In this document: positions 41,632 to 49,703 of the stretch, piece by piece
Layout of the letters: every line of letters begins with the position of its first letter
How positions within the stretch are numbered: position 1 is the first letter of the stretch
DNA from: Dehalococcoidia bacterium
GTDB lineage: Bacteria > Chloroflexota > Dehalococcoidia > UBA2979
NCBI GenBank assembly: GCA_965262725.1
Contig: OZ253555.1
Span: forward strand, 1,984,001 to 2,048,000
Direction: 5' to 3'
DNA: 64,000 nt
Made by a program: the position numbers and the translations under genes
Notes under the pieces: generated by a model
Seen by the model: the letters and a program-made list of their open reading frames with translations, nothing else
Told to the model about the DNA's origin: nothing
Database searches by the model: none

Positions 41632-42744
41632 TCAGGCGGCCTGCCGCCGCTGGTCAGCGTGGGTGCGCAGCACCGCCCAGATGGCGGCGAGCAGCTCCCG
41701 CGCCACGGCCACGACGGCGACCTGCGACGGCTTGCCTCGCTCCTTGAGATGCCGGTAGCGCCGGGACATCCGGGAACCGGTCTTGTCGGCCATCGCGACC
41801 GCCCAGCCCGGCTGGCCCTCCCGCCGTCTGCGCAGCGGCGCCCCGACCCGGTACGGGCGGATGCTGTGCCACCCCGCCTCGACCAGCACGCGCCGGACGT
41901 GGGTGTTCCCCGTCTTCGTGATGCCGCCGCGCCGCGTCCGCGGGCCTGAGCTGTGCTCGCTCGCCACCAACCCCACGTACGCTGCCAGCTGGTCGGGGCT
42001 TCCGAATCGCGTGATGTCGCCGAGCTCGCCCAGGATCGTCATGGCGGTGACCGTGTCGATGCCGCGGAAGCAGCGGAGGAGTCCCGCCTCCGGCGCATAC
42101 TCCTCACTCGCGACGATGTCTGAGAGCCTCTCTTCCATCAGGCGGATGTGTTCATCCGCCATCTCCACGCGCTGCAGGTAGCCGTCGAATGCCGCCTGGT
42201 CGCCCACTTCCTCGAAGGAGAGCGAGCGCAGCCAGCACCGGTGCTCTCGGGTCCACGTAGACTTACCATAATGGTGGCCCGAGCGCAGCAGGAACCCCGA
42301 CAGTTGCACCTGGGCCGTCTTGCGGGCCGCAACGGCGTCCTCGCGCCCACGGGTGAGGTTGCGCACAGATTCCTGCCGCTCAGTCGGCTGGTGCACCTCG
42401 GTGAGCAGTCCCGCGCGCAAGAGATGCGCCAGGTTCCGCGCGTCGCGGCGGTCCGTCTTGACGCGGTCTCCCGGCTTTGTGGGGATCAGCGCCGGCGCGA
42501 TGACGCGGCAGTCGATCCCCTTCGCATCGAGAGTGCGCTTCAGCCCGAACCCGGTCGGGCCCGCCTCGTAGCAACAGACCACGGAATCCCCGGCCTCGCG
42601 GCGCAGTCGCCGCGCCAGCGCCGCCACGGACGTCGGCTCGTTGGCGAGCTGCCACTCTTCGGGCTTCTTCTCCCCGTGCAGAACGGAGACGTTGATCGTC
42701 CGCGCGTGCACGTCGAGGCCCACGTATAGCTTCGTCTGGTCCAT
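41632..42744 (-). CDS. IS110-family DEDD recombinase/transposase
   Basis: VGLDVHA, CYEAGPTG, KTDRRDA (DEDD) and SEHSSG catalytic-serine region. Confidence 0.95.
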   Translation of the reverse strand: MDQTKLYVGLDVHARTINVSVLHGEKKPEEWQLANEPTSVAALARRLRREAGDSVVCCYEAGPTGFGLKRTLDAKGIDCRVIAPALIPTKPGDRVKTDRRDARNLAHLLRAGLLTEVHQPTERQESVRNLTRGREDAVAARKTAQVQLSGFLLRSGHHYGKSTWTREHRCWLRSLSFEEVGDQAAFDGYLQRVEMADEHIRLMEERLSDIVASEEYAPEAGLLRCFRGIDTVTAMTILGELGDITRFGSPDQLAAYVGLVASEHSSGPRTRRGGITKTGNTHVRRVLVEAGWHSIRPYRVGAPLRRRREGQPGWAVAMADKTGSRMSRRYRHLKERGKPSQVAVVAVARELLAAIWAVLRTHADQRRQAA

Positions 42745-43305
42745 CTGGTCTGCCCCCTACCCCTTCCATGTTCCGGTCCGGTTCCGCTCCGATGTTGCAC
42801 TCGGAACAGAAACCGACACCGGTTCTCAAGGTGTCGAGGCATCCATAGGGTCTGGGAGGGCTCGGCCTTGTCCCTGCGTGTTGCCACGCCGGGACCGCAA
42901 CGGAAAGGGCGATTCCGTAATCCGTTGACGCACGAGGTCGAGCAATCAGATCCGGCCATAGTAGTGATGAGGGCGGCGAACAAAGAGGAGTAGACACCCT
43001 CGGCGGAGTCGACGGAGCGAAGGGCCGGACCGGAGGGGAAGCTGGCGAAGCCCGGCACTGGCGGGACACTGCGCCCGCGTTTGGTGTCACTCGGGCCACC
43101 CGGCTACGGCACCTCTTGGGTGCCGTCTGACCTGACGGAGGAGCCGTATGCGTTAACGCGCACGTACGGATCTGTCCGGGGGGCGGCCGGCAACGGCCGT
43201 CCCTACCGGAATTGCTCCCTGTGGCTGTGACGTGATTCGTTCAAAAACCATTGTCCCAGCTACAGCGGAGCACCCAACCGCAGACGCTCGCGCACTCTTC
43301 TTCGG

Positions 43306-45222
43306 TTCGCGGTAGGGATGCCGGTTGCCCGGCACCCCCCGCACAGATCCGGACGTGCCCTCTCGGGCATCCGGCTCCTACCTCAAGTGCGTGACGGCAA
43401 ATCGCTCCGCAGGCCACGGGTGAAGGATGGAGATTCGGGGCCAGTGTTTCTGGCACAGGGCAAGGATGCGCTCCCACGTGAAACGGTCGCGCTGCGACCG
43501 CCGTCGGAGAACGCGCAGCCAGAGCCGCTTCACGAAACGAACAAACTGCGTGAGCGCCGGCGAGCTGGTCGGCACCGCGTAGTAGCCAAGCCACCCACGC
43601 AGTACCCGCCCCAGCCACTGCCCCGTCGTCACGGGGTTGTCGTGCATGCGCCGCCACAACTCGGCCTTGATGGCCTTCAGCGTCCGGCGCATCCGCTTCG
43701 CAACGGGCTTGCGCCCCAGCCCGAATCTCCCGTCGCGTCGGGTCCGGCAGTAGTGCGTCATGCCGAGAAAGTCGAACGTCTCCGGTCGGCCCTCCCCGCG
43801 CTTCCGCCTGTTCGCCAGCGCGAACCTGCCGAACTCAAGTAGACGGGTCTTCTCCGGGTGCAGCTCCAGCCCGTAGGCCGCGAACCGCTCCCGGAGTGCC
43901 TCCATGAACCGCACCGCATCGCTGCGGTGCTGGAACCCCAGGACGAAGTCATCGGCATACCGCACGATGTACGCCTCGCCCCGGACCTCCCGCGGTCGCC
44001 ACTCGCGCGCAAACCAGTCGTCGAGCACGTTGTGCAGGTACACGTTCGCAAGCAGCGGCGATATCGGCGCCCCCTGCGGCATCCCCCGCACGAAATCGAC
44101 TTCCGGCTCCGCGTCCATGACGCCGACGCTCAGCCACTTTCGTATCAGGCGCAACACCCGCTGGTCCCCGATGCGCATCTCCAGAAACGACATCAGCCGC
44201 CCCCGGTCGATGCTGCCGAAGAACTCCCGGATGTCCACCTCGACAATCCAGCTGACCTTGCGCCGTTCGACCGCGTAGGCCAGTGCGTCCAGCGCGTCAT
44301 GCGCCGAACGCCCCGGCCTGAAGCCATGCGAGAAGCCGTAGTAGCCCGACTCGTAAATCGGGTTCAAAAGATTGTCCACCACCGCCCGCTGAACGATCTT
44401 GTCCTCCAGCGAGACGATACCGAGCGGCCGTATTCCCCCGTCCGGCTTGGGTATCTCTACCCGCCTGACGGGCTTCGCCCGGTACGCTCCACGGTGTACG
44501 CGGCCATGCAGGTCGAGCAATCGCTCGTCCAGCCCGTCCCCGTATTCTCGCCACCTCACCCCGTCCACGCCCGGAGCCGCATCCCGCTTCAACGCGAGAT
44601 ACGCCTCCCGCAGCGCCTCCGGCGTGATGTGGTGCAAGAGCGCGGTGAGTTTCTCTCCCGGCTTCCGTTCCACGAACTGCCGTATCCTCTCCGCTCCGGG
44701 TGACACCGCACCCCGACTCTGCGTCCGGACCGTGCCGGTGCTTTGAGGATTCCTCTCGGTTGGGGCCCTTTGCTCCAGCGACTCCGCCGGGGCTCGCGCC
44801 CCCTTGTTCGCCGCCTTCATCGCTCGTACGGCCCCATCAGACTGCTGCGCATCGTTCATCATCGGCTACGGTTTACGTCCCTTCCCGACGCGGTCCCGGC
44901 GTACGACTCGTCGGGACAACGCGCAGCTCTCCCAAGTCCCGGCGATAGACGTGTGTGCGTGCATGGGGTCTTCGACACCGTGGGGCCCGACCACGACTCG
45001 CCAGTAGCGCCGTCGCCGGTATTGCCTTCGACCAATCCAAGAGCCTCGGCACCCCAAATGGCCCTTTCGATGCTCATTAGCCCCGCCCGCACACCCCGCT
45101 GCCGACGCTTCACAAGCCGCCTCGCGACGACCCGCGCACGGCTCGCGGAATGACATGAGTGGCTAGCTCTTTGCCATAGAGGACTTCCACCTCCTGCCTA
45201 CTCGCCAGTTAGCCTGGCGCTC
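43306..45222 (-). mobile_element. Group II intron with RT (bacterial class E-like)
   Basis: 5' GAGCG, domains V/VI at 43306-43380; EBS1 TGGATT (45034-45039) pairs with exon GATCCA; the exons rejoin to CCCTGATCCA|CCGAAGAAG as in IS1380 copy 2. Confidence 0.88.
43378..44862 (-). CDS. ltrA: Group II intron reverse transcriptase/maturase (no En domain)
   Basis: APGVDG, IPKPDG..RPLGI, GFRPGRS, PQGAPISPLLAN, YADD, FDFLG, domain X. Confidence 0.95.
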   Translation of the reverse strand: MMNDAQQSDGAVRAMKAANKGARAPAESLEQRAPTERNPQSTGTVRTQSRGAVSPGAERIRQFVERKPGEKLTALLHHITPEALREAYLALKRDAAPGVDGVRWREYGDGLDERLLDLHGRVHRGAYRAKPVRRVEIPKPDGGIRPLGIVSLEDKIVQRAVVDNLLNPIYESGYYGFSHGFRPGRSAHDALDALAYAVERRKVSWIVEVDIREFFGSIDRGRLMSFLEMRIGDQRVLRLIRKWLSVGVMDAEPEVDFVRGMPQGAPISPLLANVYLHNVLDDWFAREWRPREVRGEAYIVRYADDFVLGFQHRSDAVRFMEALRERFAAYGLELHPEKTRLLEFGRFALANRRKRGEGRPETFDFLGMTHYCRTRRDGRFGLGRKPVAKRMRRTLKAIKAELWRRMHDNPVTTGQWLGRVLRGWLGYYAVPTSSPALTQFVRFVKRLWLRVLRRRSQRDRFTWERILALCQKHWPRISILHPWPAERFAVTHLR

Positions 45223-45237
45223 TGGATCAGGGCTTAT

Positions 45238-46896
45238 CCCTGATCCACCGAAGAAGAGTGCGCGAGCGGCTGGGGTTGGGTGCTCCGCTGTAGCTGGGAC
45301 AATGGTTTTTGACCGAATCACGTCACAGCCACAGGGAGCACCCATTCGATGCTAGCAACGAGCAGCCCCGACCGGATACACATCGCCTTCGACGACGACC
45401 GCCTCGTGGACCACGCGGGCCTGCTGCTCCCGGCCACGCTCGCTGGCCGGCTCGGCCTCCGTGAACTGGCAGACGCCCAGCTCGACCTCGGTGACGCAGC
45501 GGGGCGGGCGAACGTCGGCGACAAGCTGATGACTCTCATCGCCTCGGCGCTCGCGGGCGGCGACTGCATCGATGACGCCGATGCCATGCGCTCAGGCGGC
45601 GCCGGGCGCGTGCTCGGCTGCACCGTGAAGGCGCCGTCCACCCTCGGGACCTTCCTGCGCAGCTTCCGGTGGGGCCACGTCCGCCAGCTCGACCGCGTCA
45701 GCCGCGAGTTGCTGGCCCGCAGCTGGGCGGCCGGGGCGGGACCCGGCGCGGCGCCGTTCACGATCGACCTCGACTCGACGCTCTGCGAGACCTACGGCCT
45801 CGCCAAGGAGGGCGCCCGGCACCACGGCTACACGGGCGTGCGCGGCTATCACCCGCTGCTCGCGGTGGCGGCCGGGACGGGTGAGGTGCTGATGGCGCGG
45901 CTGCGCGGGGGCCGTGCCAACACCGCTCGGGGGGCCGCACACTTCCTGCGTGAGACGGTGGCGCGGGTGCGCGACGCCGGGGCCTCGGGGCAGCTCACGC
46001 TGCGCGCCGACAGCGGCTTCTACAGCCACGCTGTCGTCGCCGCCTGCCGCAAGCAGGATGTCCGCTTCTCCATCACCATTCGCCAGCAGCCGAACGTACG
46101 CCGGCTGATCGAGGCGATACCGGAAGAGGACTGGACGCCGATCCCGTACTGGCTGGCGGGCGGCGCCGCTGTCGCCGAGACGACCTACACGCCGTTCCAG
46201 CACACGGGGGACGCCACCGCGGTGCGGCTCATCGTGCGGCGCGTCACGCCGACGCCCGGCTCACAGCTCGCGCTCTTCGTGGACTACAGTTACCACGCCT
46301 TCATCACCAACCGCGCGGGGGAGATGATGGAGCTGGAGGCCGACCATCGCCGTCACGCCGAGATCGAGAACGCGATCCGCGACCTCAAGTACGGCGTCGG
46401 GTTGAACCATCTCCCCTCGGGCCGCTTCGCCGCGAACGCGGCGTGGCTCGCGGTGCAGGTGATCGCGCACAACCTCGCCCGCTGGACGGCGCGCCTCGGG
46501 CTCGGCGAGGGAATCATGACGACCAGGACGCTCAGGCGGCGCTACTTCTCTCTCGCCGGACGGCTCACCCGCTCTGCCCGGCGGTGGACTCTGCACCTCC
46601 CGAAGCGCTGGCCCTGGGCAGAGCAGCTGGCAGCCGCGCTCGCGCGACTACGGGCGATACCGCTCCCGGCCTGACGCTCGCTCACAGCGCCGACCCGGGT
46701 CCGAGGCTCGCGCCAGCATGCCCGCGCACGCCTCGCGCACCCTCGCGCCCGCACCCTCAGCGCCCACGAGCGGTGCTGAGCGACGGCTTCTGGCTCCGGC
46801 CCGCCCCCGGCGCCGCCCGGCGAACGCCGGCACGCCCGCCGAACTCTCCGGCAGCCCGGCACCCCGCCTCGTCAAGCTTCGATCGGTGGATTCGAG
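45238..46896 (+). mobile_element. IS1380-family copy 2 (intact)
   Basis: Same ends as copy 1; TSD CTTAT at 45233-45237 and 46897-46901. Confidence 0.93.
45349..46674 (+). CDS. IS1380 transposase
   Basis: Nearly identical to 35208-36533. Confidence 0.93.
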   Translation: MLATSSPDRIHIAFDDDRLVDHAGLLLPATLAGRLGLRELADAQLDLGDAAGRANVGDKLMTLIASALAGGDCIDDADAMRSGGAGRVLGCTVKAPSTLGTFLRSFRWGHVRQLDRVSRELLARSWAAGAGPGAAPFTIDLDSTLCETYGLAKEGARHHGYTGVRGYHPLLAVAAGTGEVLMARLRGGRANTARGAAHFLRETVARVRDAGASGQLTLRADSGFYSHAVVAACRKQDVRFSITIRQQPNVRRLIEAIPEEDWTPIPYWLAGGAAVAETTYTPFQHTGDATAVRLIVRRVTPTPGSQLALFVDYSYHAFITNRAGEMMELEADHRRHAEIENAIRDLKYGVGLNHLPSGRFAANAAWLAVQVIAHNLARWTARLGLGEGIMTTRTLRRRYFSLAGRLTRSARRWTLHLPKRWPWAEQLAAALARLRAIPLPA

Positions 46897-47149
46897 CTTA
46901 TGCGGCACCCCGCTTCCGTCGGGTGTTCGCCCACTCAATGATGCTCGTCACCTTGAGACGCTCGACCAGCCCGCACTTGCTCTCCGCCTTGATGCCGCAT
47001 TCTGCGGGTTCGACGGTAGGCGGCGACCTTCGGCGCCTTCGTCACCGGCCACGAGACCGACTAGGTGAGCGTGGCGGCGGGCGCTACGCCGGACCACGAG
47101 ACGAAGAGCTCGTGCGCCGGCCGGGTGCATTGGGCGGTGCACGGGGACC

Positions 47150-47480
47150 CCGCGCTGCCACCGTCACCATCAAAGTGACCGATGTCGGGGCTGCCAGGCA
47201 CGACGCGTCGACGCTCGCCCGCGCCCCGGTCAGCGAGCCGACCGCTCCGGCCCTCGACGTGGCCTGGACCGCCGCCGCCAACGGCGGCGCGACCATCACC
47301 GGCTACAACGCCCAGTGCCGCAAGAAGGCCGCCCAGGTGAGGACCCTGCAGCGTGGATGGCCTATGCCCGCACCGACTCCAACGACCAGCCAGCCAGTTG
47401 CCCGCGACGAGCATTAGCATCACCCTCGCCACCCGAGCGTCCGGCGCCACCTGCGAGGTGCAGGTGCGCGGGGTCAGAAG
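47150..47480 (+). pseudogene. Fibronectin type III / surface-protein remnant
   Basis: ATVTIKVTDV..LDVAWTAAANGGATITGYNAQCRKK followed by frameshifts. Confidence 0.6.
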
Positions 47481-47575
47481 CGAAGAGGGTGATGGGCCGC
47501 CAGCTCCGAACGGCCTATAGAGACGGCGGCCCGGCGGCCGTTTTCATCAAAGGCTGAAGGCACGGGAGTAAGCGC

Positions 47576-48901
47576 ATGGTGGGGGAGCTCAAGATCTGGG
47601 CCCTGGGCGATGGCGCCGGGGTGGAAGTCGTCGAGAGCGTGACCGTGGGGCTGGAGGATCGTCTTGAGGAGACGCTGGTGCGGCGTCCCGAGATGCTCGA
47701 GCCCGGGCTTCACCTCGTCGGACGCCAGACACCGACCGAGGGCGGCCCGCTGGACCTGCTGGGCGTCGATGAGGACGGCCGGCTGGTCGTCTTCGAACTG
47801 AAGCGGGAGAAGCTGACCCGCGAGGCGGTGACGCAGTGCATCGACTACGCCTCGGCACTGAATGTCAGGGCGCCCGACCAGCTCGCGGACCTCATCTCGG
47901 AGCACTCGGGTAGCGGAGGCGTCGAAAAGATCGATAATTTCGAGGAGTGGTACCTGGAGCGTTTCGCGGAGAAAGAACTCAGCGATCTGTTGCCGCCGCG
48001 GCTCGTGCTCGTGGGACTCGGCGTGGATGCACGGGCGGAGCGGATGGCGCGGTTCCTCTCGGAGGGCGGCATCGGCATCTCCATGCTGACGTTCTTCGGC
48101 TTTGAGCACTCGGGAGAGACGCTGCTCGCGCGGCAGGTCGAGGTTGAGCGGGAGGAGGCCGTTCCATCCGGGCCGCGACCCCGCCGGAGTGCGGCCGAGC
48201 GCCGCGTGGCACTCGAGGACAGGCTGGACGAGAGGGATTTGACCGACCTATTCGCAGAGATCGCCGACGTGCTCCGTCGCGCACTCCCCGAGTCCTCCCA
48301 GCGAATCGGCGCGTGGGGAATGAGCTTCCGACTGCCTTCCGGGGAAGGCCGGAGCCGCTTCTGCCACCTCTGGGTACAGGAGGGAGGCGGGGCAAGAATT
48401 CAGTGGTTTGCGAACTCGCAGCACTACGACGCCGATGCACTCAACGCCCTTGGGCAGGAGGCCGAACGGCTCGGCTGGCTGCCCGAGCGGAGCGGCTTTG
48501 CCCTCGACATCGCCGGCGATGAGGAGTGGCAGCACGTGCGCGAGGGCCTTACCGGCTTCGTCACGACCGCCCTGGAATCCTGGAATCCCGCGCCAGAGAG
48601 GGGGACCGGAACCTTCCAGGAGCGGGTGCGGTCCTATGTCCGAGAGGTTCCGACTGGCAAGGTGGTGACGTACGGACAGGTGGCGCAGGAAGCGGGTTCT
48701 CCCGGTGCGGCGCAGTCGGCGGGGAACATCATGCGCGCCCTTCCCGATGAGACCGACATCCCGTGGCATCGCATCGTCGACGCAGCGGGGCGGCTCGCCG
48801 CGGATGAGGTGCAGGAGCAGCGCAGGAGGCTCGGTGACGAGGGCGTCGGCGTCGGAGAGGATGGATCCGTCGACCTCGAAGCGCACCGGTGGCGCGGGTA
48901 A
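47576..48901 (+). CDS. NucS-like nuclease fused to a C-terminal alkyltransferase-like (ATL) domain
   Basis: LDLLGVDEDGRLVVFELKR at the N-terminus; VPTGKVVTYGQVA..IPWHRIV..EQRRRLGDEGV at the C-terminus. Confidence 0.88.
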   Translation: MVGELKIWALGDGAGVEVVESVTVGLEDRLEETLVRRPEMLEPGLHLVGRQTPTEGGPLDLLGVDEDGRLVVFELKREKLTREAVTQCIDYASALNVRAPDQLADLISEHSGSGGVEKIDNFEEWYLERFAEKELSDLLPPRLVLVGLGVDARAERMARFLSEGGIGISMLTFFGFEHSGETLLARQVEVEREEAVPSGPRPRRSAAERRVALEDRLDERDLTDLFAEIADVLRRALPESSQRIGAWGMSFRLPSGEGRSRFCHLWVQEGGGARIQWFANSQHYDADALNALGQEAERLGWLPERSGFALDIAGDEEWQHVREGLTGFVTTALESWNPAPERGTGTFQERVRSYVREVPTGKVVTYGQVAQEAGSPGAAQSAGNIMRALPDETDIPWHRIVDAAGRLAADEVQEQRRRLGDEGVGVGEDGSVDLEAHRWRG

Positions 48902-49179
48902 CATTCCGGCCGGACGGCTCCCGGCGACGACCGCGGGGTCGGGGGATCGGCCGCCGGCGATCGCCGGTCGTGCTTGCGGCGCGGGCCGGTGGATACGGTG
49001 ACGGGGCGGCGGACGCGGCGAGGCATCCGCGACGGAAGGGAGATTGCCTGCATGGCTGACGTGGAGGTCTTGGGGATCGACGGCGACACCACGAGGCGCG
49101 CGAGTCGCTCGGGACGGCTCACGAGAAGGGAAGTGGTGGATGCAGGGCGTGAAGACCAGCCTCGGGCGTCTGGACTGAA

Positions 49180-49443
49180 GTGACGCGCGCCGACGGGAGC
49201 GCCGACCAGGACGCCACAGCCCTGCTTGCCGACGCGGTCGCTGCCGGCCTGTTTGTCCTGAGCCCATGGGACCGTCAGCGGTTCCTGGTGGCGTTCGATC
49301 AGAGCGTGGCAGCAGTCCTGCGGCAGTCTCGGGCAACCGGCGGCGGTATTCCTCCGGAGCTTGAGGCGTCGGTGACACAGCTCACCGGTTCGATCCACTT
49401 CCATCTGGCTCGTCTTGAGTCCGAGATTGGCCAGATCCGATGA
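49180..49443 (+). CDS. Small hypothetical protein
   Basis: 87-aa helical ORF; it may belong to a frameshifted gene starting near 49052. Confidence 0.35.
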   Translation: MTRADGSADQDATALLADAVAAGLFVLSPWDRQRFLVAFDQSVAAVLRQSRATGGGIPPELEASVTQLTGSIHFHLARLESEIGQIR

Positions 49444-49703
49444 CGACTACGGCGAGGACCCTCTCCAGCAGTCGACCGCCGGCGTAGCGCTCGTCGTCGC
49501 CCGGGTGATGCTGTTCGCCAGCGAGTCCGGACTTAACATGGGCGCCCCTGATCATGGGGCACAGTGCGACGAAGACTCGCGACAGTGCGGATTGGTACTT
49601 CCGAGCCCGGCCCTTGCTGCTGAGTGCTTGTGCGGATGCGACTCGCGCGAGCCAGCTGGACGAGAGCATCCTGGTCTGTCGCGAGGGTTGAGGCGAGGAA
49701 CGC

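Larger units (their letters stand above)
36836..42853 (-). mobile_element. IS1111-type (IS110 family) element inserted in the intron
   Basis: Subterminal IR ATGGATGCCTCG (36839-36850; 42835-42846), 10 bp apart in the predicted circle; CT core at 36834-36835 and 42852-42853; outward TTGACA at 36853-36858. Confidence 0.88.
36542..43212 (+). ncRNA. ORF-less group II intron (653 nt once the insert 36836-42853 is removed)
   Basis: 5' GTGCG; EBS1 CCCATT (36730-36735) pairs with exon AATGGG; domain V GAGCCGTATGCG..CGCACGTACGGATC and domain VI ending AAT; the exons rejoin to the intact IS1380 sequence. Confidence 0.88.
34986..45232 (-). mobile_element. IS1380-family copy 1, left end interrupted by two group II introns
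   Basis: Ends CCCTGATCCA (45232) and ..GGATTCGAG (34986); TSD CTTAT at 34981-34985 and 45233-45237; left-end piece at 43213-43305. Confidence 0.9.
34692..46934 (-). pseudogene. Small membrane-protein gene split by the IS1380 nest
   Basis: Joining 46934-46902, CTTAT and 34980-34692 gives VGEHPTEAGCRIRDCLFGAWLVLTYV.. in frame with three hydrophobic segments. Confidence 0.65.

Noticed and set aside
43378-44862. RT as a retron, DGR or defence RT
   Set aside because: It has domain X and is embedded in a full group II ribozyme with matching EBS1/IBS1.
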